Assembly (NCBI GenBank): GCA_040755995.1
Contig: JBFMAF010000026.1
Location: 130,360 to 194,359, forward strand
Reading direction: 5' to 3'
DNA length: 64,000 nt
DNA from: Acidobacteriota bacterium
Lineage (GTDB): Bacteria > Acidobacteriota > CAIWXX01
The position numbers and the translations under genes are program-made. A model generated the notes under the pieces. The model did not search any database and was not told the origin of the DNA. It was given only the letters and a program-made list of their open reading frames with translations. Shown piece by piece: positions 37,261 to 46,968 of the stretch; the stretch's first letter is position 1, and each line of letters opens with the position of its first letter.

Positions 37261-39168
37261 GTGTTGAGTGTCGCGACCACCTGCCCGTACTGCGCGTGCG
37301 GCTGCGGGCTGTATCTGCTCGCCAACCGCGGTGAGCTGGTCGGCGTGGCTCCGAGCGAGAACCACCCGGTGTCGCAGGGGAGATTGTGCGCGCGCGGCTG
37401 GAGCGCACATGAGGCGCCGTCCTGGGGAGGACGCCTGCGCACCCCGCTGATACGGAAGAACGGGCGGAGCGAGAGCGCATCCTGGAGCGCCGCCATGGAC
37501 ATGCTGGCGAGCGAGATCGGAAGGCTGATGCACGAGGGAAAGGCCATAGGCGTGCTCGGTTCTCCGCGGGCCACTAACGAGGAGAACTACCTGGCGGGCA
37601 AGTTGGCCAGGGCCGCCCTCGGCACCAGCCACCTCGACTTCTGCCTGCACAGCAGCTTCCGGCCGCTGATGGCGGGTCTCGAGGACGTGACCGGCGCGTA
37701 CTGTGGCGCTGCGAGCCTGGCAGACGTGGAGGCCGCCGATGCGATCCTGCTCATGGAAGGAGATCTCGCGCGAGCTCACCCGCGCGCCGCATACTCGGTC
37801 ATGAGAGCGGTGGATCGCGGAGCGCGCCTGATCACGATCGGGTGCGCGAGCACCCAGATGGCGCGATTGTCAGCAGTCTACCTGCCGGCAGCACCTGGAT
37901 GCTCAGGCGATGTCATCGACGGACTGCTGGGAGGTGTCGTGGCCGGCGGGCTGGAAGACCGCGGCTCCGTCAGCGCCTGGTGCGACGGGTACGAGGCATT
38001 GGCGAGCGCGCTTTCGCCGGCGGAGCAGACCGAGCAGTTGCGCCAGGCCGTCGAATGGATCGCGCGTGCGAACCGGGCCACGTTCCTGCTCGCGCCCAGC
38101 GGGGCGAGCGGCGAACAGCTTCGCAGAGATGCGGCCGCCGTCGCCAGCCTGGCCGGAATCACGGGTCATCTGGACCGACAGGGATCAGGGATCATGCTGC
38201 TGCTCGGCCGGAGCAACCTCAGAGGAGCTTGCGAGATGGGGGTCGCCGCCGGCCGCCTGCCTGGATATCTGCCCCTGGCCGACCGGAGCGCACGCGACCG
38301 GCTGTGCAGCCTCTGGGGCAAGGAGCTCGCCGCCGGGACAGGTGGGGACGCCGAGAGCTTCATCGAGTCTGTGAGCGGGCTGATTGTCGTGGCCGACGAC
38401 CCTGCCTCTGCGCTTCCTGCCGGAAGGCGAGCGCAGGCGGCGATGGAGAAGATGGAGTTCCTGGTCGTACTGGACGCCTTCGTCACTGCCGCCGTGGAGA
38501 TGGCGCACGTGGTTCTGCCGATCGCGAGCTACGCGGAGACCGATGGCACACTGACGAGCCTGGAGGGTCGCGTGCAGCGTTGTCGCGCCGCCGCCGACCC
38601 GCCTGGGGAGGCTCGCGCCGGATGGCAGGCGCTGGCCGAGCTGTGTTCGCGATTCGGTCTTTCTGCCCCCTACCGATCGTCATCGGAGGTCCTGGCGGAG
38701 ATCGGCGCGGCGGTGCCGGTGTACGCGCCGGCAGGGCAGGCGGGTGAGGGCTGGGGCGGAGCGTTCGTCGGGGCCGTGCGTAAGCCGAAGGCGAACGTAT
38801 GTGCCTCCGGTTCCCAGCCCATAACCTACGCCGAATACCCGCACGTGCTGGCTCACGAAGGCGTCATCGATTGGGGCAAGGACCCGCTCGTGGCGTTCTC
38901 CCCGACGCTGAATCGCGAACACAGGTCCCGCGCGAGACTGAACCCTCAGGGCCTGGTCGAAATCAGCAAGCACGATGCGGACCAGCTCGGCCTACGCTCA
39001 GGGTGGCACGTGAGGGTGGAGTCCACATTTGGAGACGTAGTGCTGCCGGCTGTCATTCGGCCCGAACTGAGCGCAGGGGTGCTGCTGGTGCCATACGCGT
39101 TCAGAGATCACGCTGCCGCTGTGTTCGCGGGTCGCGATATGGCTGCGGTGAAGGTCGAGCGTGTGTGA
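37261..39168 (+). CDS. FdhF/NuoG-like molybdopterin-oxidoreductase-fold protein, active-site residues not conserved
   Basis: TTCPYCACGCG..LCARG, ATNEENY, AETDGTLTSLEGRVQ; the Mo-ligand segment reads DFCLHSSFRP. Confidence 0.8.
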   Translation: MLSVATTCPYCACGCGLYLLANRGELVGVAPSENHPVSQGRLCARGWSAHEAPSWGGRLRTPLIRKNGRSESASWSAAMDMLASEIGRLMHEGKAIGVLGSPRATNEENYLAGKLARAALGTSHLDFCLHSSFRPLMAGLEDVTGAYCGAASLADVEAADAILLMEGDLARAHPRAAYSVMRAVDRGARLITIGCASTQMARLSAVYLPAAPGCSGDVIDGLLGGVVAGGLEDRGSVSAWCDGYEALASALSPAEQTEQLRQAVEWIARANRATFLLAPSGASGEQLRRDAAAVASLAGITGHLDRQGSGIMLLLGRSNLRGACEMGVAAGRLPGYLPLADRSARDRLCSLWGKELAAGTGGDAESFIESVSGLIVVADDPASALPAGRRAQAAMEKMEFLVVLDAFVTAAVEMAHVVLPIASYAETDGTLTSLEGRVQRCRAAADPPGEARAGWQALAELCSRFGLSAPYRSSSEVLAEIGAAVPVYAPAGQAGEGWGGAFVGAVRKPKANVCASGSQPITYAEYPHVLAHEGVIDWGKDPLVAFSPTLNREHRSRARLNPQGLVEISKHDADQLGLRSGWHVRVESTFGDVVLPAVIRPELSAGVLLVPYAFRDHAAAVFAGRDMAAVKVERV

Positions 39169-40237
39169 GCTCGAGGTGCAGATGGCAATGGCGCAACAGG
39201 CGAGCGCGATAACCAAGGCCGGGGCGCTGGAGTGGCTTGGGAGGCTGATGGAGCAGGCGGAAGTGATCGCGCCTGTCGCAGGGTTCGGAGGCGACACGGT
39301 CTTCTCTCCGCTGCGCTCACCCGCGCAGATCAGATGGGACTTCGAAAACCCGCTGCATCCGCCAAAGCAGACGCTCCTCCCTCAGACCGACCCGATCGTC
39401 TCCATCCAGCGAGATGGGGATTGCTATGAGGTTCTTCCGATCTACGACGAATCTCCGCGCGTCCTGTTCAATATCCGGAGCTGTGACGTGAAGGGGATCG
39501 CTTTCCTGGAGCGCATGCATGCGGCGGATCCACCGGATGCCTCGTACCTCCGGCGAGCCGAGAGAACGGCCGCGATCAGCCTTTCATGCGTCGCCCCCTG
39601 CGCGTCCTGTTTCTGCATCTGCACTGACTCGGGGCCCTTTTTGCGGGAGTCGTACGACATCCAGCTTACCGATCTGGGAGAGGATCTGTTCGTGGAGGTG
39701 GGCAGCAAGAAAGGCGAGGCGCTCCTCGCGGGGTCTCAGGATCTGTTCCGTGCCGCGACCGAGCCGGAGTTGGAGCGGAGGCGGGAGCTGGAGGAGAGCG
39801 CGAGGAGGCGGTTTGGAGAAGAGACCTGCCACTTCGCGTCTGCCATGCGAAGGATATCCACAGGCAGGGTTGCGGAGGCGCTATGGGCGAAGATGAGCGA
39901 TTGGTGCCTTGAGTGCGGCGGCTGCAACCTCATCTGTCCTACCTGCTACTGCTTCAGTGTGAAGGACCGCGGATCCGACGGCAGGCTGGTACGATGCCGG
40001 ATGTGGGATTCCTGCCAGTACCCGGCGTTCACGCTGGAGGCTTCAGGGCACAACCCGCGCGAACAACGGAAGGACCGGATGAAACGAAGGTTCTTCCACA
40101 AGGTGAGCGCGCAGTACTACATGCGCGACGGAGCCATCGGATGCGTCGGCTGTGGCAGATGCGTCAAGGTGTGCATGGGCACGACCGACATGCCCGCCGT
40201 GGTGGCGGCGATTCGGAAGGGGAGCTGGCGTGGCTGA
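39161..40237 (+). CDS. AsrA/sulfhydrogenase-beta-like 4Fe-4S dicluster protein
   Basis: IRSCD, CFC, CLECGGCNLICPTCYCF, WDSC, CVGCGRCVKVC; start may be ATG 39182/39188. Confidence 0.88.
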   Translation: MCELEVQMAMAQQASAITKAGALEWLGRLMEQAEVIAPVAGFGGDTVFSPLRSPAQIRWDFENPLHPPKQTLLPQTDPIVSIQRDGDCYEVLPIYDESPRVLFNIRSCDVKGIAFLERMHAADPPDASYLRRAERTAAISLSCVAPCASCFCICTDSGPFLRESYDIQLTDLGEDLFVEVGSKKGEALLAGSQDLFRAATEPELERRRELEESARRRFGEETCHFASAMRRISTGRVAEALWAKMSDWCLECGGCNLICPTCYCFSVKDRGSDGRLVRCRMWDSCQYPAFTLEASGHNPREQRKDRMKRRFFHKVSAQYYMRDGAIGCVGCGRCVKVCMGTTDMPAVVAAIRKGSWRG

Positions 40238-41072
40238 AACGAGCACGCGCGGCAACGACGTTTTCCTCCCCTGGATCGCCCGCATCGAAGACGTGCGCGA
40301 CGAGACACCAGACACCAAGACGTTCACACTGCGATTCAGGGACCCCGAGGTCATGCGGGAGTTTGAGTACGCCCCGGGCCAGTTCGTGGAGCTATCGGTG
40401 TTCGGCCTCGGCGAAGCGCCTTTCTGCGTAGCGTCGAGTCCCACACGCGCGGGAAACTTCCAGACCACGGTCAGAAGAACTGGCCAGCTCACGGACGCAC
40501 TGCACTTGCTGGGGTGCGGCGACGAGGTCGGCATTCGCGGACCCTTCGGCAACGGGTTTGACGTTACGGCCGCCGCCGGCAAGGACCTGCTCTTCGTCGC
40601 CGGCGGGATCGGGCTGCCTCCCCTGCGAAGCCTCATCTGGAACATCCTGGACGAACGATCGCGTTTCGGCAGAGTCACGATTCTGTACGGAGCCAGGACG
40701 CCCACCGACCTCGTCTACAAGTATGAGCTCAAGGAGTGGGAACGCCGGGACGACATTGAGTTCCTCCTGACGGTGGACCGCAGCGAGCCCGGTTGGGAAG
40801 GGAACGTCGGCATGGTGCCGATCCTCTTCGAGAAAACCACTCTACGCCCCGAGAGCACCCTGGCTTACGTCTGCGGCCCTCCGATCATGATCAAATTCGT
40901 CGTACAGGACCTTCTGATGCGCGGGTTCAGGGATGAGACCGTCATCTCCACGCTCGAGCGCATGATGCAGTGCGGCATCGGCAAATGCAATCATTGCGCC
41001 ATCGGCCATCGGTACGTCTGCCGGGATGGGCCGGTGTTCAACTTCCGGCAGATAAGGGAGCTGGTGGAATGA
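40230..41072 (+). CDS. AsrB/sulfhydrogenase-gamma-like FAD/NAD(P)-binding [2Fe-2S] oxidoreductase
   Basis: PGQF, RGPFGNGF, AGGIGLPPLRS, VCGPPIM, MQCGIGKCNHC..VCRDGPVF. Confidence 0.9.
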   Translation: MAETSTRGNDVFLPWIARIEDVRDETPDTKTFTLRFRDPEVMREFEYAPGQFVELSVFGLGEAPFCVASSPTRAGNFQTTVRRTGQLTDALHLLGCGDEVGIRGPFGNGFDVTAAAGKDLLFVAGGIGLPPLRSLIWNILDERSRFGRVTILYGARTPTDLVYKYELKEWERRDDIEFLLTVDRSEPGWEGNVGMVPILFEKTTLRPESTLAYVCGPPIMIKFVVQDLLMRGFRDETVISTLERMMQCGIGKCNHCAIGHRYVCRDGPVFNFRQIRELVE

Positions 41073-41626
41073 GCTTGAAGGAAGAAATAGCCTCACGGTT
41101 GCACGGCCGCGTCGTGGTCTTCGGGATCGGCAACCCGGAACGGGGCGATGACGGAGCCGGCAGCGCCGTGGCGCGATCGGTCGAGGCCAGGAACGGCATC
41201 CGCGTCTTCGACGCCCAGGATGTCCCCGAAAACTACCTCGGGCCCATCGTCGCCGCACGACCGGACACGGTGATGCTTATCGATTCTGTGGACATGGGTG
41301 CCCCTCCGGGCTCCATAACCATTCTCACCAAGAACGACCTCGCCGGCTACTGGCCGTCCACCCACCGGATACCGCTCTGTCTGCTGATGAACTACCTGGA
41401 AAGGGAGACCGGAGCCGACGTCTTCCTGGCCGGAATCCAGCCGGCCCACCTGGAATTCGGCCGTCCGATGTGCGAGACAATACGCCGCGCCGCGGGGGAA
41501 TTAGCGGCGATTATTGATCACGCAGTCGCGACACAGCAGCACGAACCTGCGCTTTCCGAAGCGCCCGAATGCGGCCTCTGGACACGGATGCGATACGTCC
41601 TGCATGGCAGCGCCAGCAGCGGATAG
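41069..41626 (+). CDS. hycI: Hydrogenase maturation endopeptidase, HycI type
   Basis: GIGNPERGDDGAG, VPENY, IDSVDMG..PG, STHRIPL, GIQP. Confidence 0.88.
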   Translation: MSLKEEIASRLHGRVVVFGIGNPERGDDGAGSAVARSVEARNGIRVFDAQDVPENYLGPIVAARPDTVMLIDSVDMGAPPGSITILTKNDLAGYWPSTHRIPLCLLMNYLERETGADVFLAGIQPAHLEFGRPMCETIRRAAGELAAIIDHAVATQQHEPALSEAPECGLWTRMRYVLHGSASSG

Positions 41627-41634
41627 CCATGGGA

Positions 41635-41669
41635 GATTTCGGATTGCAGATTGCAGATTGCGGATTGAG
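41635..41669. repeat. Heptamer tandem repeat (GATTGCR)x5
   Basis: gatttcg gattgca gattgca gattgcg gattgag. Confidence 0.8.
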
Positions 41670-41789
41670 AAGGACACCGCAGTGCGCCTGTTCGTGCTCA
41701 CTGAGGCCAGGCGGTCACGACGGGATCGGGGCCCTGAAGCGAGGTCGACCGAAGTCCGCAAGAGCGTGGTCTGAGGGGAGGAGAGTGGA

Positions 41790-43250
41790 TTGAGCCAGCA
41801 GCTGGCACTCTTGATGATCGTGCTGCCCGTTGTGGGGGCCGTGCTCTGCGGGACGATCATGAAGGGTTGCCGGCATGTTGCCGTGGGCTGCTCCGCGGGC
41901 GTTCTGGGGCTGGCCGTGTGGACAGTGACAGCGGGATTCGGCGCGTCATCTCGGCTGATGTTCGGTCGACTGCCGTGGCTGACCGCCATGTCCAATGAGC
42001 CGCTCTTCGGCATCATGATCGACCCGCTGTCTGCGCTGATGCTGGTGCTCGTCACCACCATCGGCTTCCTCACCGTCCTGTATTCGACGCAGTACTTGAC
42101 GGAACGCCACAAGGAGCATCCGGTGCCTGCCGGAGAACACGGCCGCTACTACTTCTGGCTGCTGCTGTTTCTGGCCAGCATGGTGGGCGTTTCGGTGTCG
42201 CCGAATTTTCTACAATTGCTACTGTTCTGGGAATTGACCACCGTCTGCTCCTGGGCCCTCATCTCATTCCACAGGAACGCGCGGAGCCTGCGCGCCGGGT
42301 TCAAGGCCCTCGTCATGACCCACGCCGGCGGGCTGTTCTTTCTCGTCGCGATCTGCATCCTCTTCGCGCGGGGACACTCGTTCGACTTCAGCGCCATCGC
42401 CGCGCTGCCCGAGGGCCTCCGGGCCTGGGTGTTCGTATGCCTGATGATCGCTGCATGGGCCAAGGCGGCACAGGTTCCGTTGCACACCTGGTTGCCGGAC
42501 GCGATGGAGGCCCCAACCCCGATCAGCGCCTACCTGCACGCAGCCGCCATGGTCAAAGCAGGCGTGTATCTGATGGCGCGAAGCGCCGGCGCCGGCTGGG
42601 CGATGCCTCCCCACGTCGCACTCGTGCTCGCCATCATGGCCATGGTCACCATTGCGATCGCCCTGTCCTTCTATTTCGTTCAGGACGACCTCAAGCGGCT
42701 GCTGGCCTTCTCCACCATAGCTCATCTGGGCTACATCCTGCTTGGTGTGGGCATAGGATCGCTAGGATCGGTCTTGGCCTACCGCGGCGGCGTCTTGCAC
42801 ATCATCTGCCACGGGTTCAGCAAGGCGACCCTCTTCTTCTGCGCAGGAGCGGTGGCGTACGTGACCGGTTCGCGCAGCATCTCGGCGATCCGCGGACTCG
42901 GACGCAGCATGCCGCTCTCGGCAACGGCCTTCTTCGTCGGGGTGCTCGCCGTCGCCGGCGTGCCGCCGTTCGCCTGTTTCTGGAGCAAGTTCATGATCCT
43001 GGCCGGCGCGATGCAGCTCTCCGGTCCGATCGGGCCGATCGTGCTGGTGTTCATCCTGGTCGAGACGCTTGTCTCCTTCGCGTGGCTCCTGTACGTGGCG
43101 CAGCGCGTGTTCATGGGCACGCCTTCACCTGTGGCCACTGTCAACAGCGATCCTCCCCCGGCCATGAGCGTGACGCTGGTCATCCTCATGGTTGGCTGCC
43201 TGCTGGCGCCGGCCATCGGCATCCCGCTGGTCGAGCTGATTGGTAGATGA
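41790..43250 (+). CDS. hyfD: Group 4 hydrogenase antiporter-like membrane subunit (HyfD-like)
   Basis: FWELTT, KAAQVPLHTWLPDAMEAPTPISAYLHAAAMVKAG, DLKRLLAFSTI. Confidence 0.75.
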   Translation: MSQQLALLMIVLPVVGAVLCGTIMKGCRHVAVGCSAGVLGLAVWTVTAGFGASSRLMFGRLPWLTAMSNEPLFGIMIDPLSALMLVLVTTIGFLTVLYSTQYLTERHKEHPVPAGEHGRYYFWLLLFLASMVGVSVSPNFLQLLLFWELTTVCSWALISFHRNARSLRAGFKALVMTHAGGLFFLVAICILFARGHSFDFSAIAALPEGLRAWVFVCLMIAAWAKAAQVPLHTWLPDAMEAPTPISAYLHAAAMVKAGVYLMARSAGAGWAMPPHVALVLAIMAMVTIAIALSFYFVQDDLKRLLAFSTIAHLGYILLGVGIGSLGSVLAYRGGVLHIICHGFSKATLFFCAGAVAYVTGSRSISAIRGLGRSMPLSATAFFVGVLAVAGVPPFACFWSKFMILAGAMQLSGPIGPIVLVFILVETLVSFAWLLYVAQRVFMGTPSPVATVNSDPPPAMSVTLVILMVGCLLAPAIGIPLVELIGR

Positions 43251-45255
43251 CATGACGGGCGCACTGCGTCTGCTCGGAATAGCCCTGGGGACGCTGCTAG
43301 TTGGATCGATCGTCAGCCTCGCGCTCGCTCGCGACCGCCGGCGGTGCGGCTGGGCGAGCTTCTTGTTCGTGACTGCAGCGGGCGTTCTCACCTGGGTCGC
43401 TGCCGCCAGAGCGCTGTCGGCCGGGAGCTCGACAGAGGTGCGAATCGTCGAACTGGCTGGAGTCGGCGCGACTCTGGCGATTTCGATCGATCCGCTTAGC
43501 GCGGTTTTCTTGCTGATCGCAACCGCGATAGCCGTCCTGAGCACCCTCTTCTCGATACATTACATGGACCACTACAGGTCCGACCAGGTCGCGAAGTTCT
43601 ACCCGGTTCTCCAGCTCTTCTTCGCGAGCATCATCGCGGTGCTGCTCGCGTCGGATTTCCTGTTCTTCCTGGTCTTCTGGGAGCTGATGACGCTGACGTC
43701 GTTCTTCCTGGTGATTTTCGAGCGAGAGAGCCAATCCAGCCAGCGCGCCGGCCTCAAGTATTTCATCGTCACGCACGCGGCAACGCTTTGTATGCTGGCC
43801 GCCGCCCTGGTGCTTTGGGATACATCGGGGTCGTTCCACTTTGCGCAGCTGCGCGAAGCCCTCTCGACACTGATCGTGACGCGCCCGATCATGGCCCACA
43901 CGGTCATCCTGTTGTTCTTCCTCGGATTCGCGACCAAAGCCGGCGTGCTCCCGATGGGCGACTGGCTCCCGGATGCCCATCCGGTGGCGCCGTCCGGCGT
44001 CAGCGCCGCGCTTTCCGGAGTTCTCGTCAAGCTCGGGATCTACGGCATGATGAGGCTGTTCTGCAACCTGTTGCCCATTTCGCCGGCATCGGAGACCTGG
44101 GGTTGGGTCGTCGCCCTGGCTGGCACCGGATCGCTCTTCGTCGGCACCCTGACGGCCGTTCGGCAGACGGACAGCAAGCGCCTGATGGCATTCAGCACAA
44201 TCGGCCAGATCGGCTACATCTGCCTGGCCATCGGGGTCGGAGTGCACAGCCTCCGTAGCAACTCGGCGCTGGCCGCGGTCGCCCTCGCCGCCGCACTTCT
44301 GCACGCAATGAACCATGCATGTTTCAAGTCATGCCTGTTCCTGGGGGCCGGGTCCGTCCTGTTCCGCACGGGGAAGCGCAACCTGGACCAGCTCGGCGGA
44401 CTCGCAGCCTCAATGCCGTACACGGCCGGAGCATCCACGGTGGCGTCGCTCAGCATCTCCGGTGTGCCGCCATTCAACGGGTTCGCGAGCAAGTGGCTCA
44501 TCGTAGTTTCGTGCCTCCTGGCTGGGATGGGCTCGCCGCTGTTTCTCGTGCTGGGGCTTATCGCGCTCTTCATCTCGCTGGCGTCATTGGCCTCCTTCAT
44601 GCAGGTCCTCGCCTCCGTCTTCTACGGCCGTAGTGACGAGAGCGTCAACGTGCGGGAAGTCCCTCCGAGCATGGCGGTGCCGCAGGTGATCCTCGCAGGG
44701 CTGTGCGTCGTACTGGGCGTCTTTCCGCAACTGCCGCTCCGGTACGCGGGTTTCGCCGTCGAGCGATTGCTCGGGATGCCGGACACGGGGACCATAGGTG
44801 GAGGCTGGTCCGGTGCGTATGTTTCCTCGGGAGGCGTGCTGGTCGCATTCTGGTCGCCCGTAGCAATGCTGATCGCGATTGCGGCACTGGGCTTGATTGC
44901 CTACGCGATCCAGCGCGCCGGAGGCGCAGCGGTGAAACGGGTGCCGGTGTGGTACTGCGGCGAGGAGCACCCGGCTCGCATCGTCCGCTACGCCGCCAGT
45001 AGTCTCTACCTCCCATTCAAGGACGCTTTTCGCAGGATCTATCCGTCATGGAGCGCGCGCGCGCCGCGCTTTCCGCCGCGGCTGCGCAGCGCGTTCGACC
45101 TGGACCGCTGGCTCTATGAGCCTTCGGTCAGGGTGGTGCTGGACGCTGCGGGGCGAGTGAGCAGGACTCACGTGGGCACTCCACAGGTTTACCTGCTCTG
45201 GATTGTCATTGGCGCGATGGCCGTTTTGGGCATCATGTTGGCGCTGGCCATCTAG
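43240..45255 (+). CDS. hyfB: Group 4 hydrogenase antiporter-like membrane subunit (HyfB/HycC-like)
   Basis: FWELMT, KAGVLPMGDWLPDAHPVAPSGVSA, NHACFK, PPFNGFASKW, WYCG. Confidence 0.8.
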   Translation: MVDDMTGALRLLGIALGTLLVGSIVSLALARDRRRCGWASFLFVTAAGVLTWVAAARALSAGSSTEVRIVELAGVGATLAISIDPLSAVFLLIATAIAVLSTLFSIHYMDHYRSDQVAKFYPVLQLFFASIIAVLLASDFLFFLVFWELMTLTSFFLVIFERESQSSQRAGLKYFIVTHAATLCMLAAALVLWDTSGSFHFAQLREALSTLIVTRPIMAHTVILLFFLGFATKAGVLPMGDWLPDAHPVAPSGVSAALSGVLVKLGIYGMMRLFCNLLPISPASETWGWVVALAGTGSLFVGTLTAVRQTDSKRLMAFSTIGQIGYICLAIGVGVHSLRSNSALAAVALAAALLHAMNHACFKSCLFLGAGSVLFRTGKRNLDQLGGLAASMPYTAGASTVASLSISGVPPFNGFASKWLIVVSCLLAGMGSPLFLVLGLIALFISLASLASFMQVLASVFYGRSDESVNVREVPPSMAVPQVILAGLCVVLGVFPQLPLRYAGFAVERLLGMPDTGTIGGGWSGAYVSSGGVLVAFWSPVAMLIAIAALGLIAYAIQRAGGAAVKRVPVWYCGEEHPARIVRYAASSLYLPFKDAFRRIYPSWSARAPRFPPRLRSAFDLDRWLYEPSVRVVLDAAGRVSRTHVGTPQVYLLWIVIGAMAVLGIMLALAI

Positions 45256-45258
45256 GGG

Positions 45259-46968
45259 ATGATCATGGGTCAGCAGTCGGCCGCAGTCGAGAAGGTTGAA
45301 CGGGCGCTCGCCGAGCGGGCTGGTGGCGCAGTGCGCGCCATGAGATGCCCACAAGCGGACACACTACACGTCGTGATCGACAAGCGCGAGGTCAGGGCGG
45401 CCGTAGATGCGCTTGCCAACGAGCTCCAGGCGCGCTTCCTGATTTCAGTCGGCACCGACCGCCGGACGCTTAGCGGCGACTATGGGATCATGCATGTCTT
45501 CTCGCTGGATTCAGATCAGCTCTTCGTTCTGCTGGACTTCGCTGTGGCGGAGGACGAGCTGCGCATCGAGTCGATCACTGATCTGGTGCCTGGCGCCTCG
45601 TGGGCGGAACGCGAGTTCCGCGACGCAGTTGGAGTCCACCCGGAAGGGCACCCTGACCCGCGCCGGTTGGCGCTCGCCGACGATTGGCCCGACGGAGTCT
45701 ACCCGCTTCGGAGGGATTTCCCATACAACCTGCAGCCTCCGCCGTCGGAGAATGCGCGTCCCGTGTTCATGCAGCCGCCGGATGGAGCCACCGTGGTGCC
45801 GGTGGGGCCGTTCTTCCCGGTTCTCGAAGAGCCCTCCTATTGGCGGCTGTTCGTGGAAGGGGAGAAGATCGTCGGGTGCGACTATCGAGGCTTCTACAAT
45901 CACCGTGGGATCGAGAAGCTCGCCGACAGCGTCTTGACGTACAACGAGATTCCATATCTCGCGGAGAGGATCTGCGGCATCTGCGGCTTCATTCATTCCA
46001 CCTGCTACTGCCAGGCCGTCGAGAAGGCCGCCGGTGTCGACGTGCCGCGCAGGGGCCGGTACATTCGAACGATCATGCTCGAGCTCGAACGGATCCACTC
46101 GCACCTGCTCTGGCTCGGCATCGCGGGCCACATTCTCGGTTTCGACACCGTACTGATGCAGACGTGGCGCATCCGGGAGCCTGTGATGTGGCTGTGCGAA
46201 GAGATCAGTGGTAACAGGAAGACCTACGGAATGAACACCATCGGCGGCCTGCGGCGAGATATCACGGGCGCTGTGAAGCCGAAGATACTCGATGTGCTTA
46301 AGGCCGTCGAGAAGGAGGCGCAGGCGGTTCGGGAGGCGATTGTCGGCGACACGACGCTGTTGGCACGAACCAGGGCCGTGGGGACGCTGGGCAACGAGTG
46401 GGCCCGGAAGATCTGTGTGGTTGGACCGCCGGCGCGAGCCTCCGGAGTGACGATCGACGCGCGTATCGACCATCCATACGCCGCGTACGACGAGCTGCCC
46501 GTGCGCATCGCGGCGCAGGATGCAGGCGATACCTGGTCGCGCGTCGTAGTGCGAGTCGACGAGCTGTTCGAATCCATCCGGCTGGTGCGCGAGGGCCTGC
46601 AGAAGCTGCCCGATGGGCCGATCTGTGCGGAGATCAAGGAGGAGATCCCGGATGGACGTTTCGGCGTGTCGGTGGTGGAGGCCCCGAGGGGTGAGGCGAT
46701 TCATTTCGTGATGACCGGAGGGGACAACCGGCCATACCGCTGGCGCGTCCGCGCGCCCACGTACCCGAACCTCCAGGCGGTGCCCGCGATGATCGAGAAC
46801 CAGGCCATCGCCGATATGCCGATCACCCTGGGAAGTCTCGATCCGTGTTTTTCGTGCACCGAACGCGTCGAGGCGGTGGACGTGAGTACGGGGCGGAAGC
46901 GTGTCTATTCGTACGGGGAGCTGCTTGAAGCCTCGCGTCAGCGCGGGCGCGGTGGAGTCGAGAGATGA
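45259..46968 (+). CDS. hycE: Group 4 [NiFe]-hydrogenase large subunit (fused NuoC+NuoD, HycE/HyfG-like)
   Basis: NuoC-like GHPDPRRL..YPLRRDF; L1 ERICGICG; L2 DPCFSCTER with C-terminal extension. Confidence 0.92.
   Translation: MIMGQQSAAVEKVERALAERAGGAVRAMRCPQADTLHVVIDKREVRAAVDALANELQARFLISVGTDRRTLSGDYGIMHVFSLDSDQLFVLLDFAVAEDELRIESITDLVPGASWAEREFRDAVGVHPEGHPDPRRLALADDWPDGVYPLRRDFPYNLQPPPSENARPVFMQPPDGATVVPVGPFFPVLEEPSYWRLFVEGEKIVGCDYRGFYNHRGIEKLADSVLTYNEIPYLAERICGICGFIHSTCYCQAVEKAAGVDVPRRGRYIRTIMLELERIHSHLLWLGIAGHILGFDTVLMQTWRIREPVMWLCEEISGNRKTYGMNTIGGLRRDITGAVKPKILDVLKAVEKEAQAVREAIVGDTTLLARTRAVGTLGNEWARKICVVGPPARASGVTIDARIDHPYAAYDELPVRIAAQDAGDTWSRVVVRVDELFESIRLVREGLQKLPDGPICAEIKEEIPDGRFGVSVVEAPRGEAIHFVMTGGDNRPYRWRVRAPTYPNLQAVPAMIENQAIADMPITLGSLDPCFSCTERVEAVDVSTGRKRVYSYGELLEASRQRGRGGVER

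Noticed and set aside
23251..39168. Selenocysteine recoding in HdrA, MvhD, MvhA or the FDH-like gene
   Set aside because: The relevant positions are Cys or other sense codons; the TGA ending hdrA(N) follows a non-HdrA tail and precedes an unrelated gene.
45259..46968. Ehr/complex-I-like subunit without Ni site
   Set aside because: Both CxxC motifs, a C-terminal extension and a HycI protease are present, so it is called a true hydrogenase.
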